Positions 1 to 9,436 of a stretch of 58,870 nucleotides of DNA are shown in pieces. The translations under genes were made by a program, and so were the position numbers. The notes under the pieces were generated by a model, which was given only the letters and a program-made list of their open reading frames with translations, was not told the origin of the DNA and made no database searches. Source of the stretch: an uncultured Candidatus Bathyarchaeia archaeon (GTDB taxonomy: Archaea; Thermoproteota; Bathyarchaeia; Bathyarchaeales; Bathycorpusculaceae); assembly GCA_964548345.1 (NCBI GenBank), contig CAZJQR010000001.1:1-58870 (forward strand), read 5' to 3'. Positions within the stretch are counted from its first letter, which is position 1. Every line of letters begins with the position of its first letter.

Positions 1-1396
1 TCTTTTCCTCGATCATGCGCTTCTCGCCAGCTTTGAGTATGAAGCTGTGGATTTCGAGTTTGACTGGGCATGCTTGTTCGCAACGTCCGCAACCGATGCA
101 TTCCTCATACAGGTCAGTTAGCGGGACAAGGTTACCTTCAGCAGCTGCCTTCAGCGCAGATGGGATGTTTAGGTCTTGCGGACAGCTTCTCTGGCATAAG
201 TTGCATTGCCTGCAGGTCTTCGCAAGCGCCACGATTTCTTCAATTTTGGGCAAGATCGTCTTTTTCTTGCGTATGGGCGCTATTTGCTGCGCGACTTTGA
301 CCGAGACTTCACCGACTTTTTCAGGGTCAAGAATCAAAACGCCTGGGACTTTGCCGCTTACCAAATCTGCCACTATTTCGTCTGCAGGGTCGTTTGTGCG
401 GTTTTTGTAGCCTATGCAGTTCTTCTCTGACGCAGCTATAACTGGTGCGTTGACGCGTTCAGCCTCTAAGGAACAATCCGTTCTGACACATTGCTCGTCC
501 AAAACCACTACGTCGGCAAACCCGCCTCTTATGAAGCGGAGTTCCCAACTGATTGGACCGACGATTTTTGCTCGGTCAAAGTATCTTGTGTTGTCGATGG
601 CAGTGCAACATAATCCTACAACTTCCATCTTATCCTCGAGTTTGTTATCTTTCATGTAATCGATAATTCCAACCGAAGGCACGACGTTATGGCCGATGCA
701 CATGATGACTGGCTTTGACGTGTCAACTGTTCCGATGCCCATTTGAACGAGCGGGGCTTCAGGGTCAGCCTTTGGAAAGTCAAATGCGGAAATTTGAGCC
801 ATGTCCGCGACCTCCATGCCTACCTGGTCAACTCTCCCTGCGTGGAATGCCTTTGATTCAAAATCCAAGTTATTCGCTTCTTGACCTGTGTGTGCAGCAG
901 ATAGCAAATGTGTAACCTGTGTCTCGCAATATGTCAGAACTTCGTCTAAGTCTCCGAGGGTTTCAGGTCTTATTCCTGTAACAAGCCTAGTAACTGGAGC
1001 TTCAACCTTAACGTTTAAGCCGCCTACGTCGATAGGATACCTTCGACCATATTTTTCAATCAAATGATCAACAACGTGGCGAGCGTGTCCCGTATGGGTT
1101 GCTGCTCCTATGCTGCAAGCTATGAGCACTATACGGGATGACTGGGCACCTATGTCGAGCCCACAGGCTCCACGTTTTCCCGCGGTCAAATCGCACTTGC
1201 CATAAGTGCAAAGACAGCACAAGTCACAATCTGGCATGTAGAAAGGCTTGTACTTGTTAAGGAGCGTCATGTCCCAATCTCTTAACGTGGCAATGGACGG
1301 CATCGGTGTGGGTCCCATGGGTTCAGTCCAAGAGTCATTTACAACTTTGCCGATGGATAATTCAAGATTTTTAACAAGACCAGTGTTGGTCTTCAT
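1..1396 (-). CDS. cdhA: CODH/ACS (acetyl-CoA decarbonylase/synthase) alpha subunit CdhA, N-terminal ~465 aa; the gene runs off the left edge
   Basis: Absent from the ORF track because no stop codon lies in the window. Manual reverse translation from the ATG at 1396 gives MKTNTGLVKNLELSIGKVVNDSWTEPMGPTPMPSIATLRDWDMTLLNKYKPFYMPDCDLCCLCTYGKCDL, then GHARHVVDHL. A ferredoxin-like insert follows (CRQCNLCQRSCP ... CIGCGRCEQACP), typical of archaeal CdhA. The frame stays open to position 2. Confidence 0.8.
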   Translation of the reverse strand, partial: MKTNTGLVKNLELSIGKVVNDSWTEPMGPTPMPSIATLRDWDMTLLNKYKPFYMPDCDLCCLCTYGKCDLTAGKRGACGLDIGAQSSRIVLIACSIGAATHTGHARHVVDHLIEKYGRRYPIDVGGLNVKVEAPVTRLVTGIRPETLGDLDEVLTYCETQVTHLLSAAHTGQEANNLDFESKAFHAGRVDQVGMEVADMAQISAFDFPKADPEAPLVQMGIGTVDTSKPVIMCIGHNVVPSVGIIDYMKDNKLEDKMEVVGLCCTAIDNTRYFDRAKIVGPISWELRFIRGGFADVVVLDEQCVRTDCSLEAERVNAPVIAASEKNCIGYKNRTNDPADEIVADLVSGKVPGVLILDPEKVGEVSVKVAQQIAPIRKKKTILPKIEEIVALAKTCRQCNLCQRSCPQDLNIPSALKAAAEGNLVPLTDLYEECIGCGRCEQACPVKLEIHSFILKAGEKRMIEEK

Positions 1397-1569
1397 TTCA
1401 CCAATTTTTACGTGCACGTTTTTGCTGGTCAAATTCAAACAAACCTCTGTAAAGGTTTTACTAGTAACAACATTACAATGTTTTTAAACTTTTCCAGAAT
1501 TTTTTAGCAAAAGTCATGGTGCATCTATAGATGCGCAAGCTTCTTGAAAAAAGTAAACGAGAAGCAACT

Positions 1570-2334
1570 TTAGAGGTAGCCTGCGGTTTTCATGATTTCC
1601 TTCACCGAAGCATAAGCTGGATTGTCTGAAGGCAGCTCCAGCAGTGATTTTCCTTCAAGAACATACTCGTCCAAGGTTGCGTCTGCCATTATTTTTCCCA
1701 AATATTTGAAGTTCAGGGTGGTTTCTGCGTGAACGCCAAGTTCCGCGGGGAACCTGTACCCGCCTATGAGATAGAAGTTGTCAAACTGCATGTCAACTTC
1801 TTTGGCGATGCGATGCGCTCTTTTGACGTGGTCCATGGATTTCTTTGAGTGATCAAGAATGTCGAAAATGTCATTCACTTCTGATGTGATGCGCCGGTTT
1901 AAGTGTTCAAGCCCCGCCGGCGAATCGATAAGCACGTACTTGTAGTTCTTGGTTAACGATCCCAACGCGCCTTTCAGCGCCGAGTTTGGCATGCAATAGC
2001 ATCCTTCAACCCATTTTGTGCCAACCGATAAGAAGTCAAAGTTATCGCTTTCAAATAAGCCGTTCTCCCAAATCCTGTTCTCTATCCTTTCTGTGGGTGG
2101 AACCCCAACGGTTGTTCCGCCTTTTTCAATGAAAGTGCTGACGAGCAACTCGGCGATTGTGTATTTTCCAGCTTCTTTCAGGTCTATTCCCACCATCTCA
2201 GCCAAGTTCTGGTCAGGGTCAGCATCCACCAGCAGCAAAGGAGTTTGACCCGCTTCAACGAAACACTTAGTCATTAAAGCCGTGAAGCTGGATTTTCCTG
2301 TTCCTCCGCGACCAATCGTAACAAGCGTTTTCAT
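1570..2334 (-). CDS. cooC: CooC-type Ni-insertion/maturation ATPase (CODH accessory protein)
   Basis: The 254-aa ORF has a deviant Walker A (GRGGTGKSS) and the MinD/CooC-family layout including a CxC motif (EGCYCMP). It lies directly upstream of cdhA on the same strand. Confidence 0.8.
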   Translation of the reverse strand: MKTLVTIGRGGTGKSSFTALMTKCFVEAGQTPLLLVDADPDQNLAEMVGIDLKEAGKYTIAELLVSTFIEKGGTTVGVPPTERIENRIWENGLFESDNFDFLSVGTKWVEGCYCMPNSALKGALGSLTKNYKYVLIDSPAGLEHLNRRITSEVNDIFDILDHSKKSMDHVKRAHRIAKEVDMQFDNFYLIGGYRFPAELGVHAETTLNFKYLGKIMADATLDEYVLEGKSLLELPSDNPAYASVKEIMKTAGYL

Positions 2335-2355
2335 AAAAATGAAACCTCAATCGAC

Positions 2356-3135
2356 TTAAACGGTCTTCTTAAGGAGAACGTCGCATATATTGTCTATGGC
2401 GTGCATTGCCTTAATCTCCTTGTTCTTGAGTGGTGTTTCCCCGAGCATGTCTGCTTCAGTAACTTTCTCGTCAAACGGAATGAAAGTGAGAGTGGATAAA
2501 CCGTTTTTCTCTGCAAAACTTGTGACCGCTTCTTTCTGCGTTTCGTTCATGATCCTGTTTCCGATGAGATAGAGCTGTTTCAGCCCCGCGTTTGCCGCCA
2601 AATCATGTATGTGCTTCGCTATCTCAAGAGATTTCAGGTTTGAATCCGCAACAATCAGCAGAGCGTCTACTTGCCTCGCGGTTCCTCTGCCAATGTGCTC
2701 AACGCCTGCTTCCAAATCTAAAACCACAGCTTCGTTACGGTCCACGATCAAATGGCGGAGCAAAGCGCGGATAACGGCGTTTGGAGCGCACATGCAGCCA
2801 GAACCCATCGACTGCACCGTGCCCATGACTATCAGGTTCACGCCGAAAGGGGTGCTTACGGAATAGTCGCGAACTATATCATCAACAGTGAAGGATAGGC
2901 GATAAACGCCAGAATACCCTGTGCTAGTCTTGGATTCAACAAGCTCCTTGTTTTCAGATATAGGCACGATCTTACGTGTTTCTTCCGCGGATAAGCCTAA
3001 AGTTAACCCGAGATTTGGCGAAGAATCCGCGTCTATGGCCATCGTCTTCAATCCTCTCTCTGCGAACCCCCGAGCGAGACCCGCCGCGATTAGAGTTTTG
3101 CCGACGCCGCCTTTGCCAGAAACCGCAACCTTCAT
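2356..3135 (-). CDS. CooC/AcsF-type maturation ATPase, second paralogue
   Basis: The 259-aa ORF has the P-loop MKVAVSGKGGVGKT and a CxC motif (GSGCMCAP). It sits in tandem with the first CooC-like gene. Confidence 0.8.
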   Translation of the reverse strand: MKVAVSGKGGVGKTLIAAGLARGFAERGLKTMAIDADSSPNLGLTLGLSAEETRKIVPISENKELVESKTSTGYSGVYRLSFTVDDIVRDYSVSTPFGVNLIVMGTVQSMGSGCMCAPNAVIRALLRHLIVDRNEAVVLDLEAGVEHIGRGTARQVDALLIVADSNLKSLEIAKHIHDLAANAGLKQLYLIGNRIMNETQKEAVTSFAEKNGLSTLTFIPFDEKVTEADMLGETPLKNKEIKAMHAIDNICDVLLKKTV

Positions 3136-3264
3136 AGTGTTCTCCCCAGTGGAAAAATACTTTCATTTGATAGCTTATTTACGTTTCTTTGAAACAAGAA
3201 GGATTTGATCATGCAAAAGATTTTATATTCATTGCGCATTCTCTTTAGCCGAGATGATGTCGCG

Positions 3265-3990
3265 ATGAAAATACTAAACGAGTTTGTTCCAACACGCAAA
3301 TTTCTGAAACTTGCCGAGGAAATCAAAGATCTAGTGGATGGATGGAACGTCACCGACAGCGCTGCTGGTTTCCCAGCGGCTAGTGGCACAGCCGTTAGTT
3401 GCGTTCTTAAGTCTAAATACCCTGATAAAATAGTCGTACCCATATTCATACTGCACTACAAAGGTCCAGTGGAAGTGGGCGGCTTGGCTTTAGCGGCTGA
3501 CATCATGGGTGTTGACGGCTTAGCAATCACCATGGGTGACGTGCCCAAGTACGGCGAACCCATAAAGATGTTGAAATCCTCCGAAGAAGGTCGAGACTTC
3601 TTACGCGCAAACGTGAAGCTCAAGAATCTGCAGCTAGGCTGCTTACTAACGGCGCGGCGGTCTGTGGAGGATAATCTCGCGCGGGTTAGGGCTCCATGGG
3701 ACTTTATCTACTTCATGCGGCTTGAAGACAAATCCTTCCCCACACTGGAGCAGATAGCCAAAGAATGCAAACGCCTAAACAAACCCATCTACGCGTACTT
3801 CCTGGTGGGAACACCTAAAAACGTTGAGACTGTGAAGATGATTGGCTGGCCAACCGCCGCAACCATGGATACAGTTGAAGAAAAAGCAGCAAAGCTAGAT
3901 GGCCTCGTTGACGGCATAATCGCCACATGCGCCGGAGACGCTGAAGGCGACAAAGAGATGCTGCACAAACTGCAAAAGTTCAGAAGCTAA
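3265..3990 (+). CDS. Methylenetetrahydrofolate reductase (MetF)-like protein
   Basis: MTHFR-like signatures are present: NVTDSAAG...AASGTAVS ... VPIFILHY ... GVDGLAITMGD. I prefer the ATG at 3265 (MKILNEF) over the ORF-track start at 3205. The gene sits next to the CODH/ACS genes. The family assignment comes from remembered motifs only. Confidence 0.5.
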   Translation: MKILNEFVPTRKFLKLAEEIKDLVDGWNVTDSAAGFPAASGTAVSCVLKSKYPDKIVVPIFILHYKGPVEVGGLALAADIMGVDGLAITMGDVPKYGEPIKMLKSSEEGRDFLRANVKLKNLQLGCLLTARRSVEDNLARVRAPWDFIYFMRLEDKSFPTLEQIAKECKRLNKPIYAYFLVGTPKNVETVKMIGWPTAATMDTVEEKAAKLDGLVDGIIATCAGDAEGDKEMLHKLQKFRS

Positions 3991-3999
3991 ACAGCACAA

Positions 4000-6690
4000 T
4001 CACTGCAGAAATAGAGACTCTATAACCGTCTCTTCATCCAACGTTTCCACCTTAAATCCTTTTTTCTTGCATAACTGAAGCATCTTGTAGTTGTAAGCAC
4101 TCACGTAACCGTAGATTTTGTCCACACGCATGTCTTTGCCGATCTCAACAAGCAGGTTCATGAGCTTGGACCCAAGCCCCAAGCCTTGCCATTTATCGCC
4201 CACTAAAACGGCGAACTCACCACTTTTCCCTCCAGGCTCAGCAATTAACCGAACAGCACCGATTATTGGCTTGTTGCCTTCTTGAAGTTCGGTTACAACA
4301 GCGATTTCACGGTCGTAATCCAGATTGCAGTACCGCGTCAAAGCCTCATGGGACATTTCTTTTATGATCTCGAAAAACCTGAACCGCATAGATTCCGCAG
4401 AGAGAGACTTCAAAAACTCGTTGAAACGTTCCTCGTCTTCAGGCTTTATTGGGCGGAGCGACACGTGAGTTTCGTTTTTCAGCCGCCTCACGGCAACGTA
4501 TTTCTGGGGGTAAGAAGCGATGAGACGGTTGTCGTGATGCTCGGCAACCTCGCGCATCATCCTGTCCCACTCTATTGCGATGCGAGCGTCAACCGCCACA
4601 ACACCATTCCCATGAGCAATCAAGGGGTTTATGTCAACCTCTTTTATTTCCGGGAAATCGGTGGCAAGCTGCGAAAACTTCACCAGAATTTCTTCAAGAA
4701 GCTTAACATTTAAGGGATACCCGATGGATGAAGCGTGTTTGAAAACGGCGGTGTCTTCTATTAACCGTTTTGCGAGTGTCTGATTTAGCGGAGGAAAACC
4801 TATGGACACGTCCTTGAACAATTCAGTGGCGGTTCCGCCCATCCCGAAAATTATTGTGGAGCCGAACTGCGCGTCCTTCTTAGAGCCTAAGATCATTTCG
4901 TATCCCTTTTCGTGTATCATAGGCTGAATGGATACGCCTTGGAACTCAGCAGTGCTGCTGAAACTCTTGACCCTTTTAGCTATCTCTCCAAAGAGAGTTC
5001 TGGTTTCTAATGAAGAACAGACGTTCAGCAAGACGCCTCCGATTTTAGATTTGTGCGTAATCTGCGGAGATAGAGCTTTCAGGACTACGGGGTAGCCCAG
5101 TTCGGAAGATAAGGCGCTGGCTTCTTCAGGGGTACGTGCCACAAGCGTCTTCACGGCTGGGATCTTGTACGCTTCCAAAAAGCGCATGGATTCAGGTAAA
5201 GTAAGGACTTGCCGTCCCTCGCAGAAAGCTCGTCTGAGAATCCCCTTTAGAGAAGTTAAGTTGGGTTTTTCCACTGGTAGCTCTTCAGGAGTCTGATACA
5301 GAAGCTCCAAGTTTCGAGAGTAATCGTACATGTGCATGAAGGTTGAAACAGCCTCTTCAGGAGTTGCAAATGACGGAACACCGTTTCCTTGAAGGATTCG
5401 GCGAGCTTTTCGGCAATGGTCATCTTCACCCATAAGAGTCGTGAGGACAGGTTTCTTGGTCTGTTTTGCCAAGTCCACTATGGTCTTTGCAAGGGCAACA
5501 GGTTTTGTTGCGCCTTGAGGCGTGTATATAATCAGGAAGCCGTGGCCGTTGGGGTCTTTCAGGCTTATCTCCAGCACCTTTCTGAACCTGTCTGGAGTAG
5601 CCTCCTCGTAGAGGTCGATGGGGTTTGCTATGCTGCAGTAAGGGGGCAAAATATTTTTCAAGGCTTGAACTGCCTCGGTGCTTAACTGCGAGAGCTTTCC
5701 CCCTCGCGCGATAAGGTTATCTGCAGCCATTATCGCTGGGCCTCCCGCGTTGGTGATTATCGTCAAGTTTGGACCAGTCGGATGCGGCTGCATAGCCAAA
5801 GCTTCTGCACAGTTGAAAAGATCACGGATAGCCTCAACACGAACTATTCCGGCACGTCGGAAAGCAGCGTCGTAGACGGCGTCTTCTCCGCCTAAAGAGC
5901 CGCTGTGGCAAAGGGTGGCTTGGCTGGTTTCCTTGAAACGTCCCGCTTTAATCAGCACGATGGGCTTGGTTCGGGCGGAACATCGGGCTGCACTCATGAA
6001 TTTTCGACCGTCTTTTATTGATTCAACATAAACTAGGATGCTTCTGGTCTGGGCGTCAATTCCGAAATAGTCAATTAAGTCTCCGAGGTCCACATCAAGC
6101 ACTGAACCTGTGGAGACCACGGCGCTGAAACCAACTTGGGCTTCCGACGCCCAGTCTAAGGCTGAAGCGCATAAAGCGGCGCTTTGGGAGATGAACGCGA
6201 TTTTTCCAAGGCTTGCCTGCTTATCGGCAAATGTGGCGTAGAGATTGATTTTGGGTCTAATCACGCCGAAACTGTTGGGTCCGATTATACGTATGCCGTA
6301 CTTTCTTTGATGCTCCAGAAGCTGCTTCTCAAGGTCCGCGCCGTCTTCGCTTATTTCTTTTAAGCCTGCTGAGATTATTATGGCTCCAGCAACTCCAGCT
6401 TTTCCACATTCTTCGACGACCTGCGGGACCACATGTGCTGGGGTCGCTATAACCGCGAGGTCTATCTTGCCAGGAATCTTGCTGATGCTGGGATAAGCAG
6501 TTAGCCCTTGCACTGTCTGCCTGAAAGGGTTTACAGGAAAAACTGTGCCTTTGTAGCCTGCGCTTATGAGGTTGCTGAAGATTTTGGCGCCTATGGAGTC
6601 TTTTCTTTCGCTTGCGCCTATGACGGCGATTCGCTTAGGATTGAAAATGCGGTTGAGGTTTTCGATTCCCAAGTTTAGGTGTTCCTTCAT
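4000..6690 (-). CDS. ADP-forming acyl-CoA synthetase-like protein fused to a C-terminal GNAT acetyltransferase (Pat-type protein acetyltransferase architecture)
   Basis: A CoA-binding start (FNPKRIAVIGAS), succinyl-CoA-synthetase-like and ATP-grasp regions, then a GNAT motif A (KWQGLGLGSKLMNLL) at the C-terminus. The ORF runs to 6864, but Met59 (MKEHLNLGIENLNRIFNPKRIAVIGAS, ATG at 6690) matches the usual N-terminus. Confidence 0.8.
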   Translation of the reverse strand: MKEHLNLGIENLNRIFNPKRIAVIGASERKDSIGAKIFSNLISAGYKGTVFPVNPFRQTVQGLTAYPSISKIPGKIDLAVIATPAHVVPQVVEECGKAGVAGAIIISAGLKEISEDGADLEKQLLEHQRKYGIRIIGPNSFGVIRPKINLYATFADKQASLGKIAFISQSAALCASALDWASEAQVGFSAVVSTGSVLDVDLGDLIDYFGIDAQTRSILVYVESIKDGRKFMSAARCSARTKPIVLIKAGRFKETSQATLCHSGSLGGEDAVYDAAFRRAGIVRVEAIRDLFNCAEALAMQPHPTGPNLTIITNAGGPAIMAADNLIARGGKLSQLSTEAVQALKNILPPYCSIANPIDLYEEATPDRFRKVLEISLKDPNGHGFLIIYTPQGATKPVALAKTIVDLAKQTKKPVLTTLMGEDDHCRKARRILQGNGVPSFATPEEAVSTFMHMYDYSRNLELLYQTPEELPVEKPNLTSLKGILRRAFCEGRQVLTLPESMRFLEAYKIPAVKTLVARTPEEASALSSELGYPVVLKALSPQITHKSKIGGVLLNVCSSLETRTLFGEIAKRVKSFSSTAEFQGVSIQPMIHEKGYEMILGSKKDAQFGSTIIFGMGGTATELFKDVSIGFPPLNQTLAKRLIEDTAVFKHASSIGYPLNVKLLEEILVKFSQLATDFPEIKEVDINPLIAHGNGVVAVDARIAIEWDRMMREVAEHHDNRLIASYPQKYVAVRRLKNETHVSLRPIKPEDEERFNEFLKSLSAESMRFRFFEIIKEMSHEALTRYCNLDYDREIAVVTELQEGNKPIIGAVRLIAEPGGKSGEFAVLVGDKWQGLGLGSKLMNLLVEIGKDMRVDKIYGYVSAYNYKMLQLCKKKGFKVETLDEETVIESLFLQ

Positions 6691-6875
6691 TTCGGGGGAG
6701 TAACTTTTCTGAATGAATGTATAGCCTGCGCATGGTTTTAAAACTTCCCAAAATCGCAAATTTAGATCACTCAAGGCAAAGTGACCAAAAAGTTCCGAGT
6801 AAAAATTAACTTTAGGCCACTCTTTAAGGTAGATAACCTTAAGTCTTATTGCAGAGTTAGCCATTCAGCTTAGAA

Positions 6876-7649
6876 ATGAGGTTTGCAACTGTGGACGCTG
6901 TTGAAATAGTTGCTGTTGAGAATTTACCATTGATAACGAACGGGGACAACTTAGCTGAGCTTATATGCAACGCAGCTGAAAAACAGAACACGCCTATACA
7001 AGAAAAGGATGTGATAGTCATCACTCACGTTGCTGTTTCCAAAGCCGAGGGAAACGTGGTCAACCTTGATGATGTTTCGCCGTCGGAGCGGGCAACGGAA
7101 ATAGCGCAGCAAACCGGCAAGGAACCCGCTTTAGTGGAGGCAGTTCTGCGGGAGACAAAAGAAATAGTGCGCCTAGGTCCCAACAGCATAATCACGGAAA
7201 CCAAGAACGGCATAGTTTGCGCAAACGCTGGAGTGGACAGGTCCAATATTGAAGGAGAAAGAAACGTGGTGTTGCTTCCTAAAGACGCCGATGCGTCCGC
7301 GCAGAAGATCAGGCGAGAAATAAAGAGGCTAACGGGCTGCGATGTTGCCGTGATTGTTTCGGATACTCATGGGCGCCCATTTCGGATGGGGGAGATAAAC
7401 GTGGCGATAGGCGTAGCGGGAATCAAGCCAATAAGGGATAGGCGCGGAGAAAAGGACCTGTTCGGATACGTGCTTAGAATAAAGCAGACCTCTGTTGCTG
7501 ATGAATTGGCATCCGCTGCAGAGCTTGTGATAGGTCAGGCGAATGAGGGGATACCCGTTGCCATCATAAGAGGGTACAATTATCAGGCGATGGAAAACGC
7601 GTCGGCTGCTGAACTCACGAGACCGAAAGAGAAGGATTTGTTCAGATGA
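6876..7649 (+). CDS. cofE: Coenzyme F420-0:L-glutamate ligase
   Basis: 257 aa. CofE hallmarks are present: DVIVITHVAVSKAEG, GIVCANAGVDRSN, VIVSDTHGRPFRMG, AAELVIGQANEGIPVAIIRGY. Confidence 0.85.
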   Translation: MRFATVDAVEIVAVENLPLITNGDNLAELICNAAEKQNTPIQEKDVIVITHVAVSKAEGNVVNLDDVSPSERATEIAQQTGKEPALVEAVLRETKEIVRLGPNSIITETKNGIVCANAGVDRSNIEGERNVVLLPKDADASAQKIRREIKRLTGCDVAVIVSDTHGRPFRMGEINVAIGVAGIKPIRDRRGEKDLFGYVLRIKQTSVADELASAAELVIGQANEGIPVAIIRGYNYQAMENASAAELTRPKEKDLFR

Positions 7650-7670
7650 CTGTTTAGGCGGAAACAAGAA

Positions 7671-8303
7671 ATGAGCGCAAACACAATTAAAAATATCAGC
7701 GAGAGGATGGTGAAAGCCGGCAGGAAACTGCATAATCATGGACTGGTAAAAGGAACTGGTGGAAATATCAGCGCCAGAATCGCAGGCACAGATACGTTTC
7801 TGATAAAACCTTCGGGAGCCCGCATGGAAGCACTGGAGCCTGAAGAACTGGTGCTCGTGGATCTTCAAGGAAACAAAATCAGAGGAGAATCAAACGTTTC
7901 TATGGAGACGTTGATGCACGCGGCAATCTACAGAAAGCGAAATGATGCACAAGCGATCGTGCATTCACATGCACCCATAGCAACGGCTTTTGGAATCGCA
8001 AAAAGGGAAATTCTCCCATTACAAATAGAGATGTTTATGCTTCTCCCAAAAGGTGTTCCCGTTGTTCCTTTCAAGCCGCCCGGTTCTAAAGCGCTTGCGG
8101 AAGCAGTGCAAAAAAAGGTCGCGAACTACGACGCGGTGATTCTTGAAAACCATGGCATCGTAGCGGTTGGCTCAACTATTGAAGGGGCTTGTAGCCTGAA
8201 CGAGATGGTTGAAGAAGGCGCCAAGATTCAGCTTCTGACTACGCTGCTGACGGGTAGAGATGCAAGTAATTTGGCTGAGCTAAAGGAAAAGTTCAAAACA
8301 TAG
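7671..8303 (+). CDS. Class II aldolase/adducin family protein (fuculose-phosphate aldolase or MTRu-1-P dehydratase-like)
   Basis: 210 aa with GTGGNISAR, the metal-ligand region IVHSHAP, and ILENHGIVAVG. Confidence 0.75.
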   Translation: MSANTIKNISERMVKAGRKLHNHGLVKGTGGNISARIAGTDTFLIKPSGARMEALEPEELVLVDLQGNKIRGESNVSMETLMHAAIYRKRNDAQAIVHSHAPIATAFGIAKREILPLQIEMFMLLPKGVPVVPFKPPGSKALAEAVQKKVANYDAVILENHGIVAVGSTIEGACSLNEMVEEGAKIQLLTTLLTGRDASNLAELKEKFKT

Positions 8304-8344
8304 AATACTGTAGAATAGCAGAAAACAGTCAGGAAGATGAGGCA

Positions 8345-8677
8345 GTGACGGAGGCTAAAACGCCTAAAGAGTTTTTCGAAAAAGTGTTGCCCAGCAGATT
8401 CAACCCAGACAAAGCGGGGGGCATCGATGTTACCGTCCAAGTGAACATAGTTGGCTCCAACGGGGGAGACTGGGTAGTTACAATAAAAAACCGGCAGTTG
8501 AAAGCTGAAGAGGGAACGCATCCTTCACCGACGTTAGAACTCAAGATGACGGAAACGGACTATATGGATCTGATCAACGGTAAAATTAGCGGCGAAAAAG
8601 CCTTTTTAGCAGGGAAACTGCGGTTTAAAGGCAACATAGCTCTTGCTTTGAAATTAAGGGAAACGGGATTTCTTTAG
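8345..8677 (+). CDS. SCP2 (sterol-carrier-protein-2-like) domain protein
   Basis: 110 aa. The C-terminal pattern DYMDLINGKISGEKAFLAGKLRFKGNIALALKL is characteristic of SCP2 domains. Confidence 0.65.
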   Translation: MTEAKTPKEFFEKVLPSRFNPDKAGGIDVTVQVNIVGSNGGDWVVTIKNRQLKAEEGTHPSPTLELKMTETDYMDLINGKISGEKAFLAGKLRFKGNIALALKLRETGFL

Positions 8678-8879
8678 AACGGCAACTTTGCTTTTTGGTT
8701 TTGTTATCTGGTTTCAAAATATGGCGAGCAAGAAAGGAAAAGGTGGGCGGCAGAGTGTTGTTTTCTTCAATATTGATTAAGAACGTGTTCATTTCGTTTA
8801 TGCTTGGACTCATGCTACGTTTTGTATGTTTCCTGAAAGCGTCGTAAGAGGCGTAATCCTGGTGAAATGAAACTATCAC
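8625..8879 (-). CDS. Hypothetical ORF, possibly the detached C-terminal half of the upstream Lrp-like regulator
   Basis: GTG-started 84-aa ORF directly downstream of the 99-aa HTH gene. Its first ~45 aa look protein-like (VIVSFHQDYASYDAFRKH...MNTFLINIEE). The remainder looks random and overlaps the SCP2 gene's 3' end by 53 nt. Confidence 0.3.
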   Translation of the reverse strand: MIVSFHQDYASYDAFRKHTKRSMSPSINEMNTFLINIEENNTLPPTFSFLARHILKPDNKTKKQSCRSKEIPFPLISKQELCCL

Positions 8880-8911
8880 TGAGTCGTACCCTTAGCCAAT
8901 TCCGCGATGAA

Positions 8912-9211
8912 TTAAAACACCCCAAACGGCTTTTTACTCATTGTGTCAGGATGCGCCTGTCGAAAACCTTCAATTTCGTGTTCCGTTAGCTTCGGGTCTA
9001 ACTTGAAAAAATTCAGAGCCATGATGGTGTAGCCAATTTTGCTGAAGTTCGGAATTATCGTGTATTCTTTGACGTATCCTTCTTTTTCCAGTTTAGTCCT
9101 AAGCCTTGTCGTGGTTGTTTGTGAAGTGCCTATTGATTTAGCTAATTCCCTATCGCTTCTTCGAGAATTTTTCAGAAGCTCAGAAAGTAATTTCCGCTCT
9201 AAATCTCTCAA
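8912..9211 (-). CDS. Lrp/AsnC-type winged-HTH transcriptional regulator (short, possibly truncated)
   Basis: The N-terminal HTH is LLSELLKNSRRSDRELAKSIGTSQTTTTRLRTKLEKEGYVKEY. At 99 aa it is shorter than usual for the family. Confidence 0.65.
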   Translation of the reverse strand: MRDLERKLLSELLKNSRRSDRELAKSIGTSQTTTTRLRTKLEKEGYVKEYTIIPNFSKIGYTIMALNFFKLDPKLTEHEIEGFRQAHPDTMSKKPFGVF

Positions 9212-9436
9212 TTTTTATCGCCTTTCCCCTGATCGTAAACACTCTTAGTGCCACTACTGTACCGTTGAAAAATTATTCGCAACTTATTCCTTATTAACTT
9301 GCCGAAAAGAGACCTGCGACAAGAACTTGTACGATAAAGTCATTGCTTACTTATCTGAAAAACGGGTTTATGCGTTTCCGTTTCGGCACATTTTTATTCC
9401 GTCTCCAACAATCACAGGGTAAGTGGAGAATGAGTT

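Noticed and set aside
6691-6864. N-terminal extensions implied by the longest-ORF starts
   Set aside because: This applies to the Pat-like gene at 6864, the DHS paralogue at 11697, the surface protein at 14872, csl4 at 50871, dph2 at 52638, HDAC at 16819 and the archaeosortase at 41194. The added residues have no family homology. Internal ATG codons reproduce the canonical N-termini or signal peptides and leave room for the divergent promoters.
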